Shown: positions 1 through 8,147 of the stretch, piece after piece | How positions within the stretch are numbered: the stretch's first letter is position 1 | How the letters are laid out: the number at the start of each line of letters is the position of its first letter | Assembly (NCBI GenBank): GCA_001805445.1 | Contig: MHGF01000028.1 | Coordinates: 73,651 to 137,650, forward strand | Direction of reading: 5' to 3' | Length of the DNA stretch: 64,000 bases | From: Omnitrophica WOR_2 bacterium GWF2_43_52 | GTDB lineage: Bacteria > Omnitrophota > Gorgyraeia > Gygaellales > UBA12090 | Program-made: the position numbers and the translations under genes | The notes under the pieces: model-generated | Database searches by the model: none | Seen by the model: the letters and a program-made list of their open reading frames with translations, nothing else | Told to the model about the DNA's origin: nothing

Positions 1-170
1 CATTACTATGCTTTTACAATACTTAGTTACTGCTGAAAAAGCCTGTAAATCGGCAAAAGGCTAAGGTTAGGAAGCCAGTATCGTATAACAGCGACGGTAA
101 CGTAATCCTGGCCGATTGACGATATGGGCATCGTTACCCTATCCGTAACCGAAAGACAAGCAGAATCACT
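1..170. repeat. Conserved ~150-nt intergenic element, copy A (may be truncated by window start); ~80% identical to 30461-30620
   Basis: Direct comparison of the two stretches: shared blocks TTAGTTA-NGCTGAAAAAGC-TGT-AATCGGCAA-GGCTA-GGT-GAAGCC-GTATCGT-TAA-GC-ACGGTAACG ... GGGCATCGT-ACC-TA-CCGTA with a variable insert between a GGTAACG/CGTTACC stem. Confidence 0.5.
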
Positions 171-248
171 AAACTATTTTGTCATCTGAATTCAAAGGTT
201 ACTTTGGATATAAGTAATTAATCATACACGATCAACTATACACTCGAA

Positions 249-809
249 ATGCGCACCTTTATCGCTATCGAATTAGAAGAAAAAATAAAAGAATTTCTTT
301 CTAAGATTCAGGCTGAATTGAAAAAATTAGATGAGGATATAAAATGGGTTACTCCTCACAATGCGCATTTGACCTTAAAGTTTTTAGGAGAAGTAGAAGA
401 GCAAAAAATCCCAAAAATAATCCAACTACTTAAAGAAATAGCCTGCGCTGCAAAACCATTTACTATTGAGATAAAAGATATCGGAAGCTTTCCAAACCTG
501 AAATCACCGAGGGTTATCTGGGTAGGCGTTGAAAAAGGCAAAGAAGAATTAACGCGCCTGGCACATACGGTAGAAGACGCGCTCGTAAGCTTAAAATTCC
601 CTAAAGAGAGCAGGGCTTTTTCCACCCATTTTACCTTGGGCAGAGTCAAGCATATTAAAGATACGCAAGGTTTTCAGAAAGAAGTTGAGCAAATTCAATT
701 TCCCTTACTTGCCCAGGAAGTCACCTCCGTAACCCTCTTTAAAAGCACCCTTACCCCAAAAGGTCCAATCTACGAGAAACTAACCGAAACAAATTTAAGC
801 GGTAGATAA
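249..809 (+). CDS. thpR: RNA 2',3'-cyclic phosphodiesterase / 2'-5' RNA ligase (2H phosphoesterase, LigT/ThpR family)
   Basis: Two H-x-T-x motifs (HLTLKFLG, HFTLGRV) typical of the 2H family; 186 aa. Confidence 0.8.
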   Translation: MRTFIAIELEEKIKEFLSKIQAELKKLDEDIKWVTPHNAHLTLKFLGEVEEQKIPKIIQLLKEIACAAKPFTIEIKDIGSFPNLKSPRVIWVGVEKGKEELTRLAHTVEDALVSLKFPKESRAFSTHFTLGRVKHIKDTQGFQKEVEQIQFPLLAQEVTSVTLFKSTLTPKGPIYEKLTETNLSGR

Positions 810-810
810 C

Positions 811-878
811 AAAAAAGGGGACGGGTTCATTTTTTATCACGTATCTTTTTCTTAAAAAATGAACCCGTCCCCTTTTTT
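811..878. terminator. Long hairpin (20-bp stem AGGGGACGGGTTCATTTTTT / AAAAAATGAACCCGTCCCCT) flanked by A/T runs; bidirectional intrinsic terminator candidate, copy 1 of a repeated element
   Basis: Perfect inverted repeat seen directly; identical stem recurs at 9667-9740; lies between ligT stop and the 3' end of the tRNA-Tyr locus. Confidence 0.6.
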
Positions 879-892
879 GCTTTTAAAATAAA

Positions 893-1189
893 TGGGCAGG
901 AGAGGATTCGAACCTCTGAAGCACAGGTGCAACAGATTTCAAGTGCCCTCAAGTTACCTCGAGGCTTGGACTATCTCATCATCCTTTTTGCAGGATGGTA
1001 GGCGCTTAGTCTCTGCACCTTCCCCGATAATCCCTAGATAGAAATAGGCACATATCGGGGCTTGGCTCAGGATTGCCCGCCACAAAACTCTGGCGGGGTT
1101 CCCTGAATTCACCTACTTTTCCACCATGCATTACTGCATGGCGCTGCGTTTACACAGTCTGTCCCCTTTGGCCGCTTGGGTACCTGCCC
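893..1189 (-). tRNA. tRNA-Tyr(GUA) gene interrupted by a 214-nt group I intron in the anticodon loop (exons 1189-1154 and 939-893)
   Basis: 7-bp acceptor stem GGGCAGG/CCUGCCC plus discriminator A. D-arm CCCAAGCGGCCAAAGGGG is nearly identical to E. coli tRNA-Tyr. Anticodon stem ACAGA...UCUGU. Joined loop CUGU|AAA gives anticodon GUA. Long variable arm GCACCUGUGC and T-arm AGAGGUUCGAAUCCUCU. CCA is not encoded. Confidence 0.65.
940..1153 (-). other. Group I intron (self-splicing ribozyme candidate, no ORF) inside tRNA-Tyr
   Basis: Follows exon U and ends with G (omega-G). P1 pairing CUGU/GCAG with U.G at the splice site. P2 hairpin CCAUGCA-GUAAU-UGCAUGG. R-like GUGCAGAGACUAAG, S-like GAGAUAGUCC and Q-like AAUCCUGAGC elements. 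P5 (CCCGCCA...UGGCGGG), P6 (CCCCGAUA...UAUCGGGG) and P8 (AUCCU-GCAAAA-AGGAU) hairpins. Confidence 0.6.
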
Positions 1190-1428
1190 ATAAAAAACTA
1201 TATTCTTTTACCCAATTCTTAATTACATTTAGTAATTTCTTGTCATTATATCTAATATGCACTAAACCGTAAAGCAATTTTCTCTTACTCACATCCACCT
1301 TATTCATTATTATATTTGGAAATTTCCTGGTTATTGTAATTTTTGTCTCAGCATAGAGCTTTAACTATATCTCAATTTAATTTATCTATGTACATATTTT
1401 ACTGAATAATTTATCAAAATTATTTAAA

Positions 1429-1501
1429 AGCTGGCGACCCGAATTGAACGGGCGACCCCCTCATTACAAGTGAGGAGCTCTACCAACTGAGCTACGCCAG
1501 C
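1429..1501 (-). tRNA. tRNA-Thr(UGU)
   Basis: Reverse complement gives GCUGGCGUAGCUCAGUUGGUAGAGCUCCUCACUUGUAAUGAGGGGGUCGCCCGUUCAAUUCGGGUCGCCAGCU; cloverleaf with anticodon loop CUUGUAA. Confidence 0.85.
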
Positions 1502-1506
1502 AAAGT

Positions 1507-1932
1507 CTATTTTTCAAGCAAGTCAAATCTCGATTCATACTTTCTAGCCATAATCACAAATTTCTTTTGCTTATTTTTAGTTGGTGATAAACGTAACTTG
1601 AGACATCTCTTATTTCCAACGTTATTAAGCGAAATAAAATATACCTTGTTTGATTGAGGAGAATAAGCAGCAATAATGTCTACATCTTTTCGTGAATAAT
1701 GTATTATGTTATAATTATTTGAGCTCCTAAAAGATATGTCTATTACACCGTTTTTAGGTGTAATATATTTAACTTGAATGCGCTTAAAAATTCCATTCTT
1801 CTCGCTCACAAGGTCATACCGGCCATCTTCTCCCCATGGAACAAGAACATTAAACCCTTCTTGTTTTAATAAATAGGCTACATATGCTTCGGCAATATCG
1901 CCTTTTTGCTTTGTAATAGCCATCTCAACCAC
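1507..1932 (-). CDS. Small PD-(D/E)xK nuclease-fold protein, YraN/UPF0102-like
   Basis: Motif GDIAEAYVAYLLKQEGFNVL...GRYDLVSE...RIQVKY resembles GE-x-A...YL...G-[D/E]-IDLV...VEVK of the YraN family; 141 aa. Confidence 0.4.
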   Translation of the reverse strand: MVEMAITKQKGDIAEAYVAYLLKQEGFNVLVPWGEDGRYDLVSEKNGIFKRIQVKYITPKNGVIDISFRSSNNYNIIHYSRKDVDIIAAYSPQSNKVYFISLNNVGNKRCLKLRLSPTKNKQKKFVIMARKYESRFDLLEK

Positions 1933-2821
1933 TCTTTTTTATCGCCGCGGGAATTTTATCTATTATATCAGAAGCAATCATGCCGGCCTGAGTTTTTTCC
2001 TTTGCGGCTAAATCTCCTGCTAAGCCGTGCAGGAATACCCCTATTCTTGCCGCCTCAAAGCCGTTTAAACCTTGTCCAAGTAACGCGGCAATCATCCCTG
2101 TCAACACATCTCCAGAGCCTGCGGTTGCCATTCCGGGATTGCCGGTTGTATTGATATATACTTTTTTATCAGGCGAAACGACAATGGTCTTATGCCCCTT
2201 TAAAACAAGGATTATATTATAATCAGAAGCAATTTTTTTTGCAAGCTTTTCCCTGTTTTTTTGGATATAAGTAACAGGCTTGCCAATCAGACGGCTGAAT
2301 TCCGCAAGATGAGGAGTCAGTATCGTCGTCCTCCGTCTCTCGTCATTCGTCCTTCGCGAGATATCTAAACTGCCAGCTAACGCATTCAGGCCATCCGCGT
2401 CTATAACCATCGGCTTATCTATAGTAGAGATAATCTTACGAACTAACCTCTGAGTTGAAGGATTCCGTGATAACCCCGGGCCCATCGCCAAGACATCTGC
2501 TTTTTTCGCAAAATCAAAGATTTTCTTATACGCGGCAAAGCTCAAGGTTTTCTCTTTCGTTTCAGGCAATGGTTTTGTCATTACCTCAACAGAAACCCTC
2601 TTTGCCACAATGCTATACTGGCTCTCAGGTATCCCCAAAGTCACCAGCCCCGCGCCTGTGCGCATCGCGCTATTGGCGCAAAGGATGGCCGCGCCGGTAA
2701 AACCTCTTGAACCGGCTAAGATAAATATATGGCCGTAATCGCCTTTATGGGTATCGAGCTTTCTATGAGAAAAAACACTAGGTACTGCTCTTTTTGACGA
2801 GGATGACATTGGCAACGGCAA
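1925..2821 (-). CDS. nnrD: ADP-dependent (S)-NAD(P)H-hydrate dehydratase (YjeF C-terminal domain)
   Basis: HKGDYGHIFILAGS...GAAILCANSAMRTGAGLVTL carbohydrate-kinase-like motifs; start may be a few codons downstream (overlaps acpS). Confidence 0.8.
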   Translation of the reverse strand: MPLPMSSSSKRAVPSVFSHRKLDTHKGDYGHIFILAGSRGFTGAAILCANSAMRTGAGLVTLGIPESQYSIVAKRVSVEVMTKPLPETKEKTLSFAAYKKIFDFAKKADVLAMGPGLSRNPSTQRLVRKIISTIDKPMVIDADGLNALAGSLDISRRTNDERRRTTILTPHLAEFSRLIGKPVTYIQKNREKLAKKIASDYNIILVLKGHKTIVVSPDKKVYINTTGNPGMATAGSGDVLTGMIAALLGQGLNGFEAARIGVFLHGLAGDLAAKEKTQAGMIASDIIDKIPAAIKKSG

Positions 2822-3167
2822 AAGTATGCGTATGCGACATACTGATAATAATATCCGTGATTTGTTTAGCCTCTTTTATCTTTAATGCCTCACCTGAGAG
2901 GCGGATATAAGGCTTCCCGAATTCATCATTTAATACTTCTATATTATGCCACTCAATATGCTGAATCGAAGAATCACCAATTGCCTTAAGTACTGCTTCT
3001 TTAGCGGCAAAACGCGCTGCCAAATGTTGATAGGCAAACTTTTTATTCTGTGAATACTGTACTTCATTATCGGTAAATATCCGTTTTAAAAAGGCGCTAT
3101 CCCAGCGCTCAACAGCCTCTTTAATCCGCGAAACCTCAATGATATCTACTCCGATTCCCGCGATCAT
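2778..3167 (-). CDS. acpS: Holo-[acyl-carrier-protein] synthase
   Basis: N-terminal IAGIGVDIIEVSRI motif, 129 aa. Confidence 0.85.
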   Translation of the reverse strand: MIAGIGVDIIEVSRIKEAVERWDSAFLKRIFTDNEVQYSQNKKFAYQHLAARFAAKEAVLKAIGDSSIQHIEWHNIEVLNDEFGKPYIRLSGEALKIKEAKQITDIIISMSHTHTFAVANVILVKKSST

Positions 3168-3877
3168 GTGGCTAAAAGAAGCATCTGCCTTACCGCGGCC
3201 TCAAGGCCTACAAAGATACTCCGGCAAATGATAGAATAACCGATATTCAATTCTTCGATACCGCTTATGCGCGCGATTGGCTTGACATTATCATAATCCA
3301 GGCCATGGCCGGCATTCACGGTTAAACCCAAGGTTTGCGCGTACTCAGTTGCCTTAATAATTTCCGTTAATCGCGCCTCCCTATGCAGCTTTGTTTTTGC
3401 CTCCGCGTAACGGCCTGTATGAATCTCAATGATCTTTGCCCCGACTTCAGGCGCTAAAGCTATCTGTCTCTTATCCGGATCAATAAACAAGCTTACGTCT
3501 ATACCGCTCTTTCGCAATTGCTCAATAACCTTGGCTAACCGGCGCTTATAGGTAATGATACATAAGCCTCCTTCAGTAGTAAGCTCCTGCCTTTTTTCCG
3601 GAACCAGCGTTGCCTGGTGAGGTTTGAGCCGACAGGCAATCTCTACAATCTCGGGAACAATCGACATCTCCAGGTTAAATCTTGTTCTTACCGTCTTTTT
3701 CAAGCGCTTCACATCGCTATCATTAATATGTCTTCTGTCCTCTCGCAGATGCGCTACAATAGAATGACTTCCTGCCTTCTCGCAAAGAGAAGCCGCAGAG
3801 ACAGGATCAGGAAATACTCCCTTGCGCGCCTGGCGCAGCGTTGCCACATGGTCGATATTAACACCCAATTTTGCCAT
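3164..3877 (-). CDS. pdxJ: Pyridoxine 5'-phosphate synthase
   Basis: LGVNIDHVATLRQAR...PDPV signature; 237 aa. Confidence 0.9.
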   Translation of the reverse strand: MAKLGVNIDHVATLRQARKGVFPDPVSAASLCEKAGSHSIVAHLREDRRHINDSDVKRLKKTVRTRFNLEMSIVPEIVEIACRLKPHQATLVPEKRQELTTEGGLCIITYKRRLAKVIEQLRKSGIDVSLFIDPDKRQIALAPEVGAKIIEIHTGRYAEAKTKLHREARLTEIIKATEYAQTLGLTVNAGHGLDYDNVKPIARISGIEELNIGYSIICRSIFVGLEAAVRQMLLLAT

Positions 3878-3999
3878 GCGTTACATCCCCAAAAACGGAA
3901 TCACGAGCTTCGTTATTTGTCCGTTAATATATAACCAGGTAAGAATTGCCAAAATCAAAGCGATAAACTTTAAACTGAAATTTTTAAACAGCCGGATTC

Positions 4000-4800
4000 T
4001 CAACTTTTTCTCCTGTTTATCCTTACTGATTTATCATTTTTCTTTGGCTTAAAATAACTTTTAAAATTTTCAAACAAGTCATCAGTAGACATATCCCGCG
4101 TCAGCCTGCCTCCATGGCACATAGAAATATCTCCGGTTTCTTCTGATACTGTGACAATGACCGCGTCTGTCTGCTCCGCTAAACCAATAGCCGCGCGATG
4201 GCGCGTGCCGAAAACACGGCTCAAATCCTGTTTTCCCGTGAGCGGGAAAAGGCACCCCGCGGCAACAACCCTGCCTTGCTGTATCACGATACCTCCATCG
4301 TGTAAAAGGCTGTTAGGAGTAAAAATTGTCTGCAATAATTCCGCACTAACCTTACTATCGATGGGAACTCCGGTTTCGACATACTCTTTAAGGCTTTCCT
4401 CCTTCTCCAGGGCAATTAATGCCCCCACCTTTTGCTTGCTCAAGATCTCCACAGCCTTAACAATCTCGCCGAGCATAGCATCAACCTCTTTTTCAGGAAT
4501 AACGGGTATGAAAACATTGTGCTGTCCTAAGCGGGCTAACCCTTGCCGTATTTCCGGCTGAAAAATAATCAGAAAACCGATAATGGAAATACCGAACAAA
4601 TGGGTGAGCAGCCAGTCTAAGGTCTCTAAACGCAGTATCTGGACAATAAAGAAAGCGAACACCAGGATAATAATGCCTCGCAGCACCTGAAGCGCCCGCG
4701 TTCCCTGAAAAAACAACATAATCCGATAGATCACAAACCAGAGAATAATAATCTCTAAGGTTATTTTCCAATTAAGGGTAATAGCGCCGATTGTTAGCAT
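4000..4800 (-). CDS. cdaA: Diadenylate cyclase (c-di-AMP synthase) with N-terminal 3-TM anchor
   Basis: DAC domain motifs (GALIAL, HDGGIVI, RHRAAIGLAEQTDAVIVTVSEETG); hydrophobic N-terminus. Confidence 0.85.
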   Translation of the reverse strand: MLTIGAITLNWKITLEIIILWFVIYRIMLFFQGTRALQVLRGIIILVFAFFIVQILRLETLDWLLTHLFGISIIGFLIIFQPEIRQGLARLGQHNVFIPVIPEKEVDAMLGEIVKAVEILSKQKVGALIALEKEESLKEYVETGVPIDSKVSAELLQTIFTPNSLLHDGGIVIQQGRVVAAGCLFPLTGKQDLSRVFGTRHRAAIGLAEQTDAVIVTVSEETGDISMCHGGRLTRDMSTDDLFENFKSYFKPKKNDKSVRINRRKS

Positions 4801-6020
4801 TCTAATAGAGTATCCAAAACAGCCATTGCCTTTTTTGTTTCCTTAACATCATGGACTCTTACTATGTGCGCGCCGTTTGTGACTGCAAAACAATTACTGC
4901 TGATTGTTCCCGCAAGCCTTTCCGATACCGGATCCCCGGTCAGTTTTCCGATAAATGACTTTCGCGATGTACCAATGACAATAGGCCTGCCCAGGCTTTT
5001 GAGCTGGCTCAACGATTTAAGAATAGCGATAGTATGGTCGAGGGTCTTGCCAAAGCCTATCCCGGGGTCAATCACAATTTTTTTAAAATCAATCCCCGCG
5101 CTAAGGCAGGCCATTATGGCATTCCGCAAATAACCGGTAACTTCTTCCATCACGTTGTGATAGACAGGCTCAACCTGCATAGTCCGAGGCTTTCCTTTCA
5201 TATGCATAAGCACGACTGCCGCTTTATGGCGCTTAATTACTTTTGCCATCAGGGAATCGGCGCTTAATGCGGTAATATCATTGATGATGTCGGCGCCATT
5301 GGCTAACGCTTGACTGGCCACCTCAGATTTATACGTATCGATGGAAAGAGGGATCTTGACCTTTTTTCTTATTTTTTTTAAAACAGGAATCAATCGCTGT
5401 AATTCTTCTTTTACGCTCACCGGCTTCGCGCCGGGCCGTGAAGACTCTGCTCCTACATCAAGAATATCAGCGCCTTCATCCACTAACTTCTGGGCGTAGT
5501 CTGTTATATAATTTAAATCTGGTGACGTGGTGACGTGGTGACGTGGTGACGTAAACAACCCATCACCGCTAAAAGAATCAGGAGTAAGATTCACGATACC
5601 CATAATATGGGTACGAGAACTCAAATTGAGCCGATAGCTGCCTGCTTCCAAGATAAAACCATCATAATGGTAATAGGCAAGCGCGCGCTGAAGTTCAACC
5701 GACACCTGGCTTAATTTATACGGCTGGCGCTTGAGCTTCTCACATAGCTTTCTAAAATGCAACAAGGTGCCAATAATAATGCAATCGGTATGCTTGATTT
5801 TTCCCGTCATAGCGTTGCGGGAAACCGCGGTATCGGCACCTAAAGAAAGCGTTTCCTGCTTTAAGATATGTGCGGCAAAGATAGGGAGTTTGCGAATCCT
5901 GACTAAATGAACAACGGTTTTAGGGGCCATAATCTCGATACCCGTAGGATCAACCCCTAATTCCCGCATCAGCTTTTGCGCTTCTTTTTGATTACGGCAG
6001 GAAAGGATGCTAATATTCAT
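4794..6020 (-). CDS. folP: Dihydropteroate synthase with ~125-aa N-terminal extension of unknown function
   Basis: MGIVNLTPDSFSGDG...VGAESSRPGA pterin-binding motifs start at about residue 130; 408 aa total. Confidence 0.85.
   Translation of the reverse strand: MNISILSCRNQKEAQKLMRELGVDPTGIEIMAPKTVVHLVRIRKLPIFAAHILKQETLSLGADTAVSRNAMTGKIKHTDCIIIGTLLHFRKLCEKLKRQPYKLSQVSVELQRALAYYHYDGFILEAGSYRLNLSSRTHIMGIVNLTPDSFSGDGLFTSPRHHVTTSPDLNYITDYAQKLVDEGADILDVGAESSRPGAKPVSVKEELQRLIPVLKKIRKKVKIPLSIDTYKSEVASQALANGADIINDITALSADSLMAKVIKRHKAAVVLMHMKGKPRTMQVEPVYHNVMEEVTGYLRNAIMACLSAGIDFKKIVIDPGIGFGKTLDHTIAILKSLSQLKSLGRPIVIGTSRKSFIGKLTGDPVSERLAGTISSNCFAVTNGAHIVRVHDVKETKKAMAVLDTLLEC
5521..5552. repeat. Octamer tandem repeat GGTGACGT x4 inside folP coding sequence (encodes TSPRHHVTTSP loop)
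   Basis: Seen directly; ORF stays open through it. Confidence 0.8.
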
Positions 6021-6194
6021 CTAAAACTAACACATAGTAGACCGTGACATTAATTATTGCAAAACAACCAAACATCAATTTCCAATAACCAAATAATAAC
6101 CAATGTGCAAATGGCCAAACAATTTGATTATTGCCTTTCTGATGGGAGGCAAGGGCATTGGTGATTTATACTCAATAATTTTAGTCACAGTGCA

Positions 6195-8129
6195 CTAGGA
6201 AGGTTTTGAGGCAGGGGGCGGAGAACTTACCTCCAGCCCGATCAAGCGCCTGACCTCTTGTCCGTCAAGGACTTCTTTCTCAAGCAATGTCTTAGTCAAA
6301 AGCTTGAGTTTATCCAGATTCTTCTGCAGCAATTGTTTTGCCTGTAAATAGCATTCATCAACGATATGCTTTACCTCCGTGTCAATGAGCTTCGCGGTAT
6401 CTTCACTATAGTTTCTTTCCTCAACAATATCCCTGCCTAAGAATAACGGCCCATGCCGTCTGCCTAAAGTAATATTGCCGAGCCGCTCACTCATACCTAA
6501 ATCACACACCATATGCCGCGCCATAGAGGTAACATACTCAAGGTCATTCTGCGCGCCTGTAGTCACCTCGCCTAAATTCACCTCTTCTGACGCCCTTCCG
6601 CCAAGCGATATGATAAGCCGCGCAACAAGCTCCTTCTTGGTGTAATAATGACGGTCCTCTGTGGGAGGCGTCAAGGTATAGCCGCCGGCTAAACCCCGGG
6701 GGATAATGGAAACCTTTTTTACCGGATCCGCCTCAGGGAGCAATAACGATAAAATAGCATGGCCTGCTTCATGATAGGCGGTAACCTCTTTTTCATGTTT
6801 TGACATCACCCTGCTTTTTTTCTCAGGGCCTATCATCACCCGCTCTATCGCCGATTCCAACTCTGCCTGTTCTACTGCCTCCTTGTTGCGCCGGGCAGCC
6901 AGAAGCGCTCCCTCATTACAGAGATTAGCGAGGTCCGCGCCGGAAAATCCCGATGTTTGCTGCGCGATAGCTTTCAAATCTACATTAGGCGCTAATTTTA
7001 TTTTACTGCTGTGCACCTTAAGGATTGCCTCGCGTCCGGCGATATCCGGGAAGTTAACCACAATTTGGCGGTCAAACCTTCCCGGCCTTAGTAACGCGGG
7101 GTCTAAGGTATCCGGGCGGTTAGTAGCGGCAATCAAAATAATCCCCTCTTCAGTAGCAAAACCGTCCATCTCAACCAAGAGCTGATTCAAAGTCTGCTCG
7201 CGTTCATCATGGCCCCCGCCGATTCCCGCGAAACGCAAGCGCCCCACCGCGTCAATTTCATCAATGAAGATAATAGCGCCTCTACCCGAAACCTTCGAGG
7301 CTTTACGCCCCTGTTCAAATAAATCCCTTACTCTTGAAGCGCCGACACCCACAAACATTTCCACAAAATCAGAGCCGCTGATAGAGAAAAACGGCACCCC
7401 AGCTTCACCGGCAACCGCCTTTGCCACTAACGTCTTCCCGCAGCCGGGTGGGCCGACGAGCAATACCCCCTTAGGAATTTTACCGCCAAGCTTCTGAAAT
7501 TTTTTAGGGTCTTTCAAAAATTCAATGACTTCCTGTAATTCTTCCTTTGCTTCATCGACGCCCGCGACATCATTAAAGGTTGTCTTTTGAGCCTTTGTCT
7601 CATCGGATAATTTCGCCCGTATCTTGCCAAAACCCATAATACGGTTGCCCAACTGCTCGCCTCTTGCTGCCATAAGCCACCAGAAAAAAATCAACAATAA
7701 TACCGGCCCCAGAGAAAAAAGAAGCGACATTAAAAGCGGCTGGGTTTTAATTTCAAAGTGCGAGACATTTTCCCTAAGAAGCGCTAATAAGTCCCTGTCA
7801 TTATCCGGGATTAAGACTATAAATTTCTTTTTATCCTTTAATTCTCCTTCAAGGCGGCTGTCTATTTTGGCAACTCGCGCAATCGCTCCACTCGCGGGAT
7901 TTTCTTTTAAAAGCCGGTAAAAATCACCGTATTTTATTTCCTCAATAGGCATGATATTAACAAAATTAAGAAAATAAATGGCTCCGAGAATAATCAACAG
8001 CCATGCCATATTCGGCCGTTTCACATTTAATGGAGAATTAATTTTAGGCTTTACTTTTGGTTGTTTACCATTCATGAGGGGCATCCTTTCTTGAGATTGA
8101 ATTATAAAGCTAAAAACAAATAAACGCAA
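6195..8129 (-). CDS. ftsH: ATP-dependent zinc metalloprotease FtsH
   Basis: Walker [12 protein letters not shown] region, HEAGHA zinc motif, N-terminal TM helices. Confidence 0.95.
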   Translation of the reverse strand: MRLFVFSFIIQSQERMPLMNGKQPKVKPKINSPLNVKRPNMAWLLIILGAIYFLNFVNIMPIEEIKYGDFYRLLKENPASGAIARVAKIDSRLEGELKDKKKFIVLIPDNDRDLLALLRENVSHFEIKTQPLLMSLLFSLGPVLLLIFFWWLMAARGEQLGNRIMGFGKIRAKLSDETKAQKTTFNDVAGVDEAKEELQEVIEFLKDPKKFQKLGGKIPKGVLLVGPPGCGKTLVAKAVAGEAGVPFFSISGSDFVEMFVGVGASRVRDLFEQGRKASKVSGRGAIIFIDEIDAVGRLRFAGIGGGHDEREQTLNQLLVEMDGFATEEGIILIAATNRPDTLDPALLRPGRFDRQIVVNFPDIAGREAILKVHSSKIKLAPNVDLKAIAQQTSGFSGADLANLCNEGALLAARRNKEAVEQAELESAIERVMIGPEKKSRVMSKHEKEVTAYHEAGHAILSLLLPEADPVKKVSIIPRGLAGGYTLTPPTEDRHYYTKKELVARLIISLGGRASEEVNLGEVTTGAQNDLEYVTSMARHMVCDLGMSERLGNITLGRRHGPLFLGRDIVEERNYSEDTAKLIDTEVKHIVDECYLQAKQLLQKNLDKLKLLTKTLLEKEVLDGQEVRRLIGLEVSSPPPASKPS

Positions 8130-8147
8130 GCCATATTTATCCTGAGC

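Noticed and set aside
356-649. Antisense ORFs inside confident genes (e.g. 356-649, 4151-4561, 17851-18372, 21724-22236, 29715-30254, 38302-38907)
   Set aside because: Fully overlapped by genes with clear homology on the other strand; typical shadow ORFs.
893-1189. tmRNA (ssrA) interpretation of the ~300-nt tRNA-like locus
   Set aside because: No reading frame encodes a tag ending in the usual Ala-Ala-stop. The 5' 36 nt match tRNA-Tyr D- and anticodon-arms rather than the tmRNA 5' region. The interior carries group I core elements. The intron-containing tRNA-Tyr explanation fits better.
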